From a virus, in IMG/VR virus record IMGVR_UViG_3300025874_000002: DNA of 33,702 nt. One strand, 5' to 3'. Made by a program: the position numbers and the translations under genes. Shown here piece after piece: positions 20,769 through 30,124 of this stretch (positions are counted from its first letter, which is position 1; every line of letters starts with the position of its first letter). Under the pieces are notes generated by a model. The model was not told the origin of the DNA, made no database searches, and saw only the letters and a list, made by a program, of their open reading frames with translations.

Positions 20769-21007
20769 GGTGCTGTTCCTCTTTCTTTCTTGTCGAATAT
20801 TGCCTCGTCTGCAAATACAGTGTTGAAGTAATCTTCGATCTTGTCTAGCGCCCTGATTATATCATGCGCATCGTTAATAGCCTCTAATTGAGACTGGCCG
20901 TTCAGAAATACACTTACTTGTGCGTTCCGAATCTCTTTTATGACTTCCTGATAGGTGTCGTCATTACTCAGCGTCCGTATTTTGGCCGCTTTGTCTTTTA
21001 TATTCAA
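20744..21007 (-). CDS. Hypothetical 87-aa ORF with a TTG start and no Met codon
   Basis: TTGA overlap with the portal stop. Helical-looking sequence. 25-nt overlap with the scaffold start. Confidence 0.45.
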   Translation of the reverse strand: MNIKDKAAKIRTLSNDDTYQEVIKEIRNAQVSVFLNGQSQLEAINDAHDIIRALDKIEDYFNTVFADEAIFDKKERGTAPWKRLIPK

Positions 21008-23100
21008 AATCTACCGCCAGTTACAGCTTGTGCAGGTGACTCTGCCGGGTATCGCGGCACGTTCTGCATTTGCTTGATTTGGGCAACGTCTACGGCTGTG
21101 CCGTACTTGCCAAGTATCTCCGCAGCGTTAACCAGGAGGTCTTGGTCCATCTTATCACGTTCTCGGTCATCTGCAGCAATAGCCTTTTGCGCATCAATCT
21201 GCAGCTTCGCCATGTCGGTCTGAGACTTAGCCTCGGCCTTCATCTGCTCTGCCTGGAGGTAAGCGGTTGCCTGGTCCATTTGTGGCTGCTGCTCCTGGCC
21301 TTGCTGCTGCTGTGCTAGTAGCGCCTGCTCTTGCTCTGGATTCATCGGCGTAAAGTACCTGTCAGCGTTTCTAACGCCATTTAGAGCCAGCATGTCTGCC
21401 AGGGTATTGCGTATCTGTGTCATCGTCACAAGGCCGTTTCCTGGGCCGTATGCCTGGAATATCTGCATCTGCATCTGCAGGGCTTGAGTCAGGGCAGCGT
21501 TACGCTGATCTTCCCGGCCAGTACCCAGGCCAACATTGACAGAGGCATCCATCTTCTTATTCCAAGATCGCGGATCGACGGGGATATAGTCCTCGCCACT
21601 AATGCGCATAATCTTTTCTTCGTCGCAGTTCTCAATCACCAGCTTCAGCATCAGCTTAAACATGTGTCGAACACCGCCTTCTGCCAGGTTGCGAGCCATG
21701 ACTTCAATCTGACCTGCCGCTCCCTGCATAGTAGCCTGGACCGCAGTTGCAGTAGTTGCCTGCAATGCATCTGGATTAAGCCCTAAACTGGCCTTTGAGA
21801 TGCCTACTTTCTGCTCAATGGTCGTATCATAGTATTCGATAGCCGCTAGCGTTTGATTGGCTACAAATGGCACTGAAAGGGGCTGTATTGCCCCTCCCTG
21901 ACGTACCCTAACGATACCGCCGATCTCATTGTTCAGCATGTCGTCCATGTTCACCGCGCCATCAATAACCTCGGTGCGGGGGTGGTTGGTCAGCGCTACG
22001 TTGTCCAGCACTCCACGGATCATCATGGTGGCCGCGTCCTGGTCCTCAAACAGCAGGTCAGCAATAGACTTGCCGTAGAACGTATGCGGCTCAGGGTCTA
22101 TCTCAAACGCAGCAAAAGGCTGGTCACCCCAGGGCTCATAGCCGAGCAACTGATACTCGCTGCCACCTAATACGACTTTGTGCATCTCTGCAACGCCAGT
22201 ACCGTTAGTGTCTATCTTCATGTACAGCTCGGTCAGAGCTACAACCCGCATAGAAGGGTCCATAGGGTTCTCTGACTGATAGTCCTGCTCATACCCTCGG
22301 CGCTCGTAGTCCTCAACCTCAGAGAATGTGTCAGAGTGCCCTAGGCCAGACATCTCAGATACGACATCATAGTCATACCCCATAGCGACCAGGTCACTTA
22401 CTCGGACTTCAGTTCTGTGGCCAACAACGTAAGCAGTCTCGATACTCTTTGCGTTACGATCAATAAAAAACTCTTCTGGTGGTACAGCCTCAACGCACAG
22501 GTCACCCATCTCGCTGATCTTGCTGACCTTGAGGTCGTGACGTGGCATCTCTACCTCTGCACCAAACTCGTCCAGCTCAATCTCTATCTTTGTGGTGTGC
22601 TCGATAACCTCAACGTCCTGCTCGTTAACAATGGTAGAAAACTCCATGTCGTTCAGGTTGTTAAAAGTGTAAGTCTCGCTCTCGTCGTATGTATCCCAGT
22701 AGACCTTTACGATGCCTGTCTTCTTTAGCAGGGCATCATGGAATACATCGTTCAATACGTCGTAACCGTTCAGCTCCTGGAACTTGTACTGGATGTACTT
22801 AGTGGCCTGCTCGGCAAACTTAATGTCCTCTGGGCCGGTAGGGACAAACTCAACCGGGCGATCAGTAGACAGGAATACACGCAGCAAGCTGGGCTTAATA
22901 GATCGTATAGCGTCACGCACCTTTGTAGATACGACGCTAGATCGGCCTTCTTCCTCACCGATATCTACCTCACCGTTGTAGTAGCGCTGGGCCTTAATAC
23001 GGTCCTCAGCCACTTCACTCTCAACAAAGTCAACAGCGTCCAGGATGGCCTCACGGGCAATATTTTCTACGTCATCTGCTTCTAATGGTTTTAGTTCCAC
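21004..23100 (-). CDS. Portal protein
   Basis: RIKAQRYYNGE...VVSTKVRDAIRSIKPSLLRVF...DALLKKTGIVKVYWD is the portal signature. Gln/Ala-rich C-terminal helical barrel region. GTG start 6 nt after AGGAG. Confidence 0.9.
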   Translation of the reverse strand: MELKPLEADDVENIAREAILDAVDFVESEVAEDRIKAQRYYNGEVDIGEEEGRSSVVSTKVRDAIRSIKPSLLRVFLSTDRPVEFVPTGPEDIKFAEQATKYIQYKFQELNGYDVLNDVFHDALLKKTGIVKVYWDTYDESETYTFNNLNDMEFSTIVNEQDVEVIEHTTKIEIELDEFGAEVEMPRHDLKVSKISEMGDLCVEAVPPEEFFIDRNAKSIETAYVVGHRTEVRVSDLVAMGYDYDVVSEMSGLGHSDTFSEVEDYERRGYEQDYQSENPMDPSMRVVALTELYMKIDTNGTGVAEMHKVVLGGSEYQLLGYEPWGDQPFAAFEIDPEPHTFYGKSIADLLFEDQDAATMMIRGVLDNVALTNHPRTEVIDGAVNMDDMLNNEIGGIVRVRQGGAIQPLSVPFVANQTLAAIEYYDTTIEQKVGISKASLGLNPDALQATTATAVQATMQGAAGQIEVMARNLAEGGVRHMFKLMLKLVIENCDEEKIMRISGEDYIPVDPRSWNKKMDASVNVGLGTGREDQRNAALTQALQMQMQIFQAYGPGNGLVTMTQIRNTLADMLALNGVRNADRYFTPMNPEQEQALLAQQQQGQEQQPQMDQATAYLQAEQMKAEAKSQTDMAKLQIDAQKAIAADDRERDKMDQDLLVNAAEILGKYGTAVDVAQIKQMQNVPRYPAESPAQAVTGGRF

Positions 23101-23103
23101 GTC

Positions 23104-24960
23104 TTACTCCTGTGCGTATTCTACGGCCTGCTGCTCTAAGCCAATTCTAGCACCACCTGACAATGCCTGGGCCACAGTTTCAGCCTTTTTAAGCAGCGCG
23201 CTTAATTTTGTCTTGTCTTTTAACGCGGCCTCAACTAGCTTGGGGTCATCAGAAAACAAAACTCGTGCAACCTGTGTCATCTGTTGGTCACTAAGCCCCT
23301 GTGCTGACGGAATCGCTGTCTTGATAATTCTAATCAAAGCCATAGGATCAAGCTGAGACCCTCTCAACATATCCTCGGCAGAAACTCCAGCGCCCCTAAG
23401 CTCAGATTCTTTCATTAGCGCTTGTGTGGGAGAGCCAGCCTGCGGCTGTATAAACTTGTTCATCTCGCCAGCTTCTGCAGCCCTTCCAACTGATTGTAAC
23501 ACGCTTTGCGACTGATCTTTTGGCAATACTACTCTCAAAGCTGCACCGAGCTGTCTGTCTTCATTAGCAAGGTCTCTGATCGTTGTTCCAGACCGTCGCG
23601 CCCTGTTGTTAATTGCATCCATCATGCCAGCTCTTAAAGCATCTAGCTTTTCTGGGGGCAAGCTTTCAACCAATACTTGCAGCTCATCCACATTCATGGT
23701 GAGACCGCGCTTTTGGCCAAGCTCAAATAATTCTTGTGCGCCAGCTCTTTGCGCAAAACTTGCACGAACCGCAGCTAAATCTGGAGACTCAACATCAATT
23801 GCGCCCCTTAAGGTTTTTTCTTTTGCTCCCAGTACCTCGCCCATAGTGCCTTCGCCGGCTCTATATCTAGCTCCAGTCTGCTCTTTAACATTGCGCCGGA
23901 GTATTTCGGCATCCTCTAAAGTTGGCGCTCGCGTAAACTGAATTGAACCGTCGTCCATTTCTCTAAATAACGGAACAATGCTCCTTGCTTCGTAGATTTC
24001 TTTTAATGCCTGGCGGCTTGTAGGCACAGTTTGCAATATATTAAGCATTTCATCAGCAACCTGCGCAGAAACATTTTGCCCTCCTTCAAATGCCTGGCCG
24101 TATGCGGCGCTTTCTTCTGCCTTTAACTGCTCCTGAGTTTGCTGCCTAGCCCTGATTACATTAGGGTCGCCTTGCTGTGGAGTCATGGTTTCGCGCAGCT
24201 CTCCCATTGCCTGCTCTCTGGTCCTAGCAGCTCTTCCTCCGCTTGCCGCTAGTATCTCAGACCGCGTAACACCGCCTTCATTGACCATGGCCTTTATAGC
24301 ATTCCCTAACGTCATATTGTCGGCAATAATTCGACCTTCTGCTACGTCAGCAATAACCTCATCTACAGTCTTTCCAGTAGACTCAGATAACCTTAACAAT
24401 TCTTTTTGTACGGCGGTATCTGCGCCACCAAACTTTGCTCGCGTGAAGTCTATTAACTTGCGGCCTAACGCTCCAAATTTTCCTAACATTAGCTCTGCGC
24501 CTGTCCCTATAACGGTGCCAGCAGCAGTGCCTTTTGTTACGTCACCCACAAACTCTTTGCCTGTCTGCGCCTCAGACTCTCCAATTGAAGATAGCCCTGA
24601 CTCTATAGCGCTAGTGGTAGCCGCTCTTCCCAGGTTTCCCATTCCCGACAATTGACCGCCAGGAACCATCATCATCAAAACAGATGGGACAAGAGCCCCG
24701 GCAACTTGCAAGGTAATAGCTTCGCCAGGGTTTGCTGTCTTATATTCTGTCAGCTTGCCCCTTAATTCATCCCTAATGACCTCATAGTCCCTGCCGCCCA
24801 TTGACTCAGGAACAAGTGATCTTACTGCGGCTTCGATCTCATCTGCAAAACCAAAAGATGCGCCTTGGGCAACAGTTCTAAGTTTTTGGCTTTCAACAGG
24901 ACCTTGTGCTATCGCTTGCGGCTCGTATTTTGCTAGTATCTCTGCTTTAGTTCTAGCCAT
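23104..24960 (-). CDS. Putative internal virion / ejection protein, 618 aa
   Basis: Long Ala/Gly/Glu-rich helical ORF immediately upstream of portal. TAATG coupling. The function is inferred from position and composition only. Confidence 0.5.
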   Translation of the reverse strand: MARTKAEILAKYEPQAIAQGPVESQKLRTVAQGASFGFADEIEAAVRSLVPESMGGRDYEVIRDELRGKLTEYKTANPGEAITLQVAGALVPSVLMMMVPGGQLSGMGNLGRAATTSAIESGLSSIGESEAQTGKEFVGDVTKGTAAGTVIGTGAELMLGKFGALGRKLIDFTRAKFGGADTAVQKELLRLSESTGKTVDEVIADVAEGRIIADNMTLGNAIKAMVNEGGVTRSEILAASGGRAARTREQAMGELRETMTPQQGDPNVIRARQQTQEQLKAEESAAYGQAFEGGQNVSAQVADEMLNILQTVPTSRQALKEIYEARSIVPLFREMDDGSIQFTRAPTLEDAEILRRNVKEQTGARYRAGEGTMGEVLGAKEKTLRGAIDVESPDLAAVRASFAQRAGAQELFELGQKRGLTMNVDELQVLVESLPPEKLDALRAGMMDAINNRARRSGTTIRDLANEDRQLGAALRVVLPKDQSQSVLQSVGRAAEAGEMNKFIQPQAGSPTQALMKESELRGAGVSAEDMLRGSQLDPMALIRIIKTAIPSAQGLSDQQMTQVARVLFSDDPKLVEAALKDKTKLSALLKKAETVAQALSGGARIGLEQQAVEYAQE

Positions 24961-26234
24961 TATTCATCAGCCTCTAGGTAATCTTTTCTGTCCTGGTTAG
25001 ACATTTCACCCCATTTAGCATACGTCATGCCAGGGTCGCCAACCGGGTACGATGCAGTGATAGCTGTTGCAGCATCTATTTCGGCCTGCATGTCGTCCAT
25101 ATATTGAGAAAGGCCAATGCCGCTCTGCAGCTTCCTGCCCTTCTTTGTCATCTCTCGATACAGCTTGTTTTGCGCAGCTATTTTACGGTCTAAATGGTTA
25201 ACTAGCGCCTGGCCACTTAACGAATCATCTATGTCCTTGCTTAACGCCAAATTTAACTCAGCCGCACTAAGCGCTCCAAACGTAGCGCTGTTAATTACGT
25301 CAATGCCAAGAGTTGTTCTGAGTGAGCGAAACAGCGCAGTGTTTGCGTCAAACGCAGGTAAAAACCGATCAATAACACCACTTCTAACGCCTTCTGGGGA
25401 CGCAGCTAAATCCCTAGCTTGCTTCATAATATTGATAGATCGATTAAGCTGTTGAGACTGGTCGAATACTTTCTCGCCTCTCTCTCTTGCGGCTTCAACG
25501 TCAGCAAGTCTATATTGAGATTCACTTTCAAATTGCGCTTTTGCCTGAGAAGTCACTCCTCGCGTGCCTAGTTTAGTAACAGAGTATCCGTCTTCTGCAT
25601 TAGGATCGTAAGTAATAACGTACTGATCGCCAGCCTTAAGCTGCGTATCGCCGACCGTCATGTCTTCTTCTGCAACTTGGATTGATCCGATGTTTTTAGA
25701 GGCGTAGCTGGTGCCCATTTTCTTCTTTGTAAACTCAGCGAGAGCATCTTTTGCAAGGGCTGGATTAGCTTCAACCATGGCGGCAAGCTCAGGTTGTCCC
25801 TGCTGTCTTAAATAAGCAGCAGTCTGGTTAGCCTGCGCGGATACTGTGCGCATCTTCTGACGGTCAGCATAAGCCTGCTGTATGCCTGCATCTGGAGCAT
25901 AGCGCATACTGTTAAATGCGGCCTGCAGGTCCATCATGCGGTCCTTATCCTGCACAAAGTCCTGAATGCCAGATCCGATACGAGACAATAGCCCTGGCTT
26001 CTCCTGGGGAGCTTGCGGGGCTTGTGGCATCTGTAGGGGCTGCGCTGGCTGCATTGCCTGCGGTATTGTGGCAGCAGGCATCATGCTCTGATTTACAGCG
26101 CTCTGTATGTTATTGACAGCGCCTGGCTGATAATTAGCCCCAGGCATCTGTGGCATCTGTGGAAGCTGCTGTGGGCCAAACGCGCCCATTGTCTTCAAGC
26201 GCTCCATCTCAGCCTGCATTTGTTCTGGTGTCAT
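24960..26234 (-). CDS. Putative internal virion protein, 424 aa, with a Met/Gln/Pro-rich N-terminus
   Basis: N-terminus: QQLPQMPQMPGANYQPG...MQPAQPLQMPQAPQAPQ. Function inferred. Confidence 0.5.
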   Translation of the reverse strand: MTPEQMQAEMERLKTMGAFGPQQLPQMPQMPGANYQPGAVNNIQSAVNQSMMPAATIPQAMQPAQPLQMPQAPQAPQEKPGLLSRIGSGIQDFVQDKDRMMDLQAAFNSMRYAPDAGIQQAYADRQKMRTVSAQANQTAAYLRQQGQPELAAMVEANPALAKDALAEFTKKKMGTSYASKNIGSIQVAEEDMTVGDTQLKAGDQYVITYDPNAEDGYSVTKLGTRGVTSQAKAQFESESQYRLADVEAARERGEKVFDQSQQLNRSINIMKQARDLAASPEGVRSGVIDRFLPAFDANTALFRSLRTTLGIDVINSATFGALSAAELNLALSKDIDDSLSGQALVNHLDRKIAAQNKLYREMTKKGRKLQSGIGLSQYMDDMQAEIDAATAITASYPVGDPGMTYAKWGEMSNQDRKDYLEADE

Positions 26235-26247
26235 TATCGAGCTCCCG

Positions 26248-26718
26248 TTACTTAAATCTATTTAATAGGCCCATTATATCTTGGCCTTGCGATGCAGATG
26301 TTTGGCCCATCATCATTGGCGGCGCCTGTATTGCCATCATTCCGCCTCCGCGCTGCAAGGGTATCATTTCTGCAGAGGCGGGCTGGTAAGCCATACCGGC
26401 AGAGGCGCTTGCAAGCTCTTTCATCATTTGCTCTCTAGCGATATCTGACTCAGCATTTTGCTGTGCTTGTAGAAACGCAGGGTCTAACGTCTGAGCTTGG
26501 CTTAAGGATTCCATAGCAGCCGCAGTGTTGTCAATTGCGCCTGTCTGAGCCTGCATGCCTAACATGCTTTCAGATGGAGCCGCTGGGGCAGCAAAGTTAT
26601 TGATAGCCCCATCGCTAGCAGTCATACCCGCCATCATTGACGGGTCTACCATCTTAGAGCTCATTAGAGCCTTGCGCAGCATTTCTTCTTTGTCGTCTTT
26701 CTTTTGATATCCAAACAT
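26248..26718 (-). CDS. Met/Ala/Gln-rich low-complexity protein, 156 aa
   Basis: The track start at 26751 is TTG and overlaps the upstream gene. The ATG at 26718 (MFGYQKKDDKEEM...) follows AAAGG and removes the overlap. Confidence 0.65.
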   Translation of the reverse strand: MFGYQKKDDKEEMLRKALMSSKMVDPSMMAGMTASDGAINNFAAPAAPSESMLGMQAQTGAIDNTAAAMESLSQAQTLDPAFLQAQQNAESDIAREQMMKELASASAGMAYQPASAEMIPLQRGGGMMAIQAPPMMMGQTSASQGQDIMGLLNRFK

Positions 26719-26728
26719 AATAAACCTT

Positions 26729-28972
26729 TTAAGAGTACATTCCTGCGCCAAGAGTTAAATAATCAAAGAAGCCAGGGTTTCTTTGCGTAGTTTGAGTCTG
26801 AGGTATTGGAGACGCGCCAAGAGCCTGTGACAGTAATCCGATAGATGTGTATGGAGCCTGCTGGTAGCCCTGGAACTGCGCCTTAGCTGCCTCAATAAGC
26901 TGCTGCTGTAGAGCCTGTTGTAGCATACCCTGCTGCTGTAGGTTCTGGTTAACAGTCTGTCCCATGCCGAAACCAAGGTTAGACAGTGAGCCAAGTTGAC
27001 CTGCCGCGCCAAGACGTTGCGATGAACCAGTAAGACCTGCCGCCTGATTAGCAAGCTGCGCCTGTATTGCCTGTGAGGCGTTAAACTGACCAGCCTGGTT
27101 AAGTGCTGCTTGGTTCGCCAAAGCGGCCTGATTGGCTGCGCCTGCGCCGAACTGCGATGCCTGGTTAAGCGCCGCTTGATTAGCCAGTGCCGCCTGGTTC
27201 GCGGCAGATGCCCCAAACTGAGAAGCCGCCTGCTGTTGCGCTGACGCCTGAGCCATAGCCTGGTTCTGAGCAGCGGCACCAAATTGTCCTGCTTGATTCA
27301 ATGCTGCCTGGTTAGCTAAGGCTGCCTGGTTGGCTGCTGACGCACCGAACTGAGAGGCTGCTTGCTGCTGCGCTGACCTCTGTGCTGCGGCCTGATTAGC
27401 TGCTGCTGCGCCAAATTGTGATGCTGCCTGTTGTTGTGCAGATGCCTGTGCAGCGGCTTGGTTCTGAGCCCCTGCGCCAAACTGTGCCGCTTGATTCGCT
27501 GCGGCTTGATTAGCAAGAGCAGCCTGATTGGCAGCAGATGCGCCAAATTGACTTGCAGCCTGTTGTTGAGCAGATGCTTGCGCTCCAGCGACGTTAGCAG
27601 CTTGTGCGCTAAACTGTCGAGCCTGGTTCTGAGCAGCCTGGTTGGCAAGAGCTGCTTGGTTAGCAGCGGATGCACTAAACTCACCTGCACGCATACCAGC
27701 CGCCTGATTGGCCAGGGCTGCTTGTTGTGCCAGGTTAGCGCTAGTAGTGCCAGCCTGTAGACCCGCCTGCTGGTTAGCAAGGCTAGCCTGCATTCTGCCA
27801 GCAATGTCTTGTTGCGCCATGCCCTGGGCTTGAGTAAATCCAGCCTGACGTAACTGGCCTGCAGATCGTGCGGCTTGTTCGGCAAATGCGCGATTAGTCT
27901 CTGCCTCCATCAAAGCCTGTCGAGAGCCACCAAAAGCACCTGCTGCGCTTGCTTGAGCTCCAGCCTGGCCCATTGATATCTGTCGGGCGCGATCTAGGTC
28001 AGACAGTGTAGACTGCACAACCTGGCTCTCATAAGGGTTGTAATACTGACTTAGGTCAGTGCCAGCTAACTGGCCAGCCGTCACATCTCTGGACGTTACT
28101 GTCGGAGCTCCGCCTAATCTTTCTGCGCCAAATCCAGTTGCCCCAGTGCGAGCAGCGTCATAACCCTGAGCGCCGAGTCCAGCAGCCTGGAATCCAGTAG
28201 CGCCTGCACGCTCTGCGCCATAGCCCTGAGCGCCTAGCCCAGCAGCTTGGAAGCCCTGAGAGCCAACATCTGCGGCACCAAAGCCAGTGGCTCCAGCCTG
28301 AGCTGCACCATAGCCTGTTGCGCCTACATCAGCACCCTGGAACCCTCTAGCGCCAGCTTGTGCCGCGCCGTAACCCTGTGCGCCAGTCTGAGTTGCCCGA
28401 TAGCCAGGAGACCGCACGTTCATGGGCTGATAGTTCATCTCTCTAGTAGCGCCAGCCATAGCGCCCTGAATACCCCGCGCGGCACTTTGATTAATGTTTG
28501 GAGCTTGCGGAGCTTGCTGTTGCTGCTGCTGTTGCTGCTGCTGTACGCGACCGCCAGCTTTACCGCCACCACCAGCGGCAGGTTGTGATTGATTACCGCC
28601 AGTGTAATATGGTGAGTCGGTGTCATTAAAATATATGTTTGAACCATCTGCCCTTTTGCCGACAGCACCGTGGTCCGCCCATGAGCCAGAGTCATAGGCA
28701 GGTTGTTGCTGTTGATTACCGCCGCCACCAGCGGGAGGCGCCAGCTTAGGTCCAGACTGTGGCGTAGGAGTCCTTTTGACAATTAAATCGCTTGGCGGCC
28801 TTACAGGGCGTCCTACACTCATTACATTCTCATCTTGCGGTACTGGGCGCTGTCCTGGCGGTTCCGTTACTGACGGGCCATAGTTAACCTGAGATGGGGA
28901 TATAGGGCCAGGCTGCATTCTTTGCTGTCCAGCCATGCCTACTTGTTGTGGTACACCGTTACCTGAAGCCAT
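26729..28972 (-). CDS. Repeat-rich Gln/Ala/Gly protein, 747 aa (internal/ejection or length-determining protein candidate)
   Basis: ATG start in a TAATG overlap. Contains a 10-Gln run, nine decapeptide repeats and ten 22-aa repeats. The C-terminal ~100 aa are non-repetitive. Confidence 0.8.
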   Translation of the reverse strand: MASGNGVPQQVGMAGQQRMQPGPISPSQVNYGPSVTEPPGQRPVPQDENVMSVGRPVRPPSDLIVKRTPTPQSGPKLAPPAGGGGNQQQQPAYDSGSWADHGAVGKRADGSNIYFNDTDSPYYTGGNQSQPAAGGGGKAGGRVQQQQQQQQQQAPQAPNINQSAARGIQGAMAGATREMNYQPMNVRSPGYRATQTGAQGYGAAQAGARGFQGADVGATGYGAAQAGATGFGAADVGSQGFQAAGLGAQGYGAERAGATGFQAAGLGAQGYDAARTGATGFGAERLGGAPTVTSRDVTAGQLAGTDLSQYYNPYESQVVQSTLSDLDRARQISMGQAGAQASAAGAFGGSRQALMEAETNRAFAEQAARSAGQLRQAGFTQAQGMAQQDIAGRMQASLANQQAGLQAGTTSANLAQQAALANQAAGMRAGEFSASAANQAALANQAAQNQARQFSAQAANVAGAQASAQQQAASQFGASAANQAALANQAAANQAAQFGAGAQNQAAAQASAQQQAASQFGAAAANQAAAQRSAQQQAASQFGASAANQAALANQAALNQAGQFGAAAQNQAMAQASAQQQAASQFGASAANQAALANQAALNQASQFGAGAANQAALANQAALNQAGQFNASQAIQAQLANQAAGLTGSSQRLGAAGQLGSLSNLGFGMGQTVNQNLQQQGMLQQALQQQLIEAAKAQFQGYQQAPYTSIGLLSQALGASPIPQTQTTQRNPGFFDYLTLGAGMYS
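27023..27682 (-). repeat. Ten tandem 66-nt (22-aa) coding repeats, consensus QFGASAANQAALANQAALNQAG
   Basis: By my count, (Q/E)F recurs at residues 431, 453, 475, 497, 519, 541, 563, 585, 607 and 629. That is an exact 22-residue spacing. Confidence 0.9.
28115..28384 (-). repeat. Nine tandem 30-nt (10-aa) coding repeats, G-[AS]-x-G-[YF]-x-[AG]-A-x-x
   Basis: Residues 197-286: GAQGYGAAQA GARGFQGADV GATGYGAAQA GATGFGAADV GSQGFQAAGL GAQGYGAERA GATGFQAAGL GAQGYDAART GATGFGAERL. Confidence 0.9.
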
Positions 28973-29754
28973 TATGAAATCCTCCCTACGTTTCGCATAT
29001 CGAACATCATCTGATCAATGCCTTTCTTTGGCGCTGCAGGCAGGCTTAACTGATTGCCAGGAGCTGAGGGAATATTAAGTTGCTGCAGTTGCGGCATTAC
29101 TGTCTGGGGCGCGGCTGCCGCCAATGAAGGGGCGCTCATAGCTGGCAATGCTGCGCTCAACTGAAACTCTTCAGGGAATACCTGCTCGTGTGATCCGTAG
29201 TCATAGGGGTCGATTCTATTGTTGCGGCTACTAAAGTCTTGTCCAACGACTTCAATGTTGCCCCCGCGAGTGTCAGGCATTGGAGCTGTGTTTCTGGAGC
29301 CTGCGTAGGGGTTATAGTCAACCGGAATGCTGCCAAGTCTGTCAGAGCCAGGGTAGGAAGGATAAGCGTTAGACATATCCGTATTTCCGCCAGCAAACAG
29401 CTCATTGTATTCTTTTGCGTAGGCAGGCTTTCGTGCCTCAAATTCAGCAACAGCCTGGTCGAACAACCCGCCAGAGCTGTATCCAGATATACCGCCACCA
29501 AAGTCTTGAGCTTGCGGCATTCCAGCCATAGCATCGGTAGGTGCGGCCATTCCAAACGCGGAAGCAGCACTCAAGTTGTTCTGCATCGCAGCCTGTTGGC
29601 TAGGCGTAAATCCAGCAACGTCTGGGCCATAGTATGGCATGTAGCCAATCTTCTGGACCTCTTCAGCTCGCGCTAGATTCCGCTTTGTTGCGTTCTCTGC
29701 CCACACTGGTATTTCTGTTTTTGTGGATTGACCACCGCCCTTGCCACCGCTCAT
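28972..29754 (-). CDS. Putative internal virion protein, 260 aa
   Basis: Gly/Ala/Pro-rich ORF (MSGGKGGGQSTKTEIPVWAEN...). Coupled to the neighbours on both sides. Function inferred. Confidence 0.5.
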   Translation of the reverse strand: MSGGKGGGQSTKTEIPVWAENATKRNLARAEEVQKIGYMPYYGPDVAGFTPSQQAAMQNNLSAASAFGMAAPTDAMAGMPQAQDFGGGISGYSSGGLFDQAVAEFEARKPAYAKEYNELFAGGNTDMSNAYPSYPGSDRLGSIPVDYNPYAGSRNTAPMPDTRGGNIEVVGQDFSSRNNRIDPYDYGSHEQVFPEEFQLSAALPAMSAPSLAAAAPQTVMPQLQQLNIPSAPGNQLSLPAAPKKGIDQMMFDMRNVGRIS

Positions 29755-29755
29755 A

Positions 29756-30124
29756 TCATATATCCTTGCTAAGTGTCGTGAACGCCTCGGTCCACCCTTT
29801 GCTTAATAAGACCCTTGCCCAGCCTCTACGGCCAGCAACAGTCATGCCCGTGCATCCTTGCTGTCTTGCAAACTCTACCGCCGACTCGTCCATGTCAACT
29901 ATCTGATTCTTCTCGCCACCCGCCAAAAAAATGTGCAGCACTTTCTTCCTGGGAAACGATATTATCTCTGTAACAGCGCAGCCGTGTTCTGCTGGCCAAA
30001 ACTGCATGTATCCGTTCTTTATGGCTTCAACAATGTCCTGGTACTCGTGCGTCCCGCCACTGTACTCTAATGCTGCCTTTATCCACTTCTCGCAGCGATC
30101 TAGCTCTTCTTGTAAATCTGCCAT
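29756..30124 (-). CDS. Hypothetical protein, 122 aa (first gene after late motif copy c)
   Basis: ATG 23 nt after the -10 element. GGGGGA RBS. Globular composition. No motif recognised with confidence. Confidence 0.7.
   Translation of the reverse strand: MADLQEELDRCEKWIKAALEYSGGTHEYQDIVEAIKNGYMQFWPAEHGCAVTEIISFPRKKVLHIFLAGGEKNQIVDMDESAVEFARQQGCTGMTVAGRRGWARVLLSKGWTEAFTTLSKDI

Noticed and set aside
20744-20800. Programmed frameshift fusing the 87-codon ORF to the scaffold gene
   Set aside because: The overlap (GACAAGAAAGAAAGAGGAACAGCACCGTGG) contains no canonical X_XXY_YYZ slippery heptamer. The scaffold has its own GTG with an AGAGGA RBS.
27023-27682. Regular 66-bp tandem repeats that could be mistaken for a CRISPR array
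   Set aside because: The units are contiguous with no unique spacers, are in frame within a long ORF, and are diverged mainly at synonymous positions. They are coding repeats.
26755-27885. Same-strand alternative-frame ORFs of 175 aa and 189 aa (26755..27282, 27316..27885), plus the plus-strand ORF 27431..27760, inside the 747-aa repeat gene
   Set aside because: They stay open only because the GCN/CAR-rich repeats lack stop codons in other frames. Their products are Arg/Leu-rich frame-shift echoes with no RBS or independent start context.
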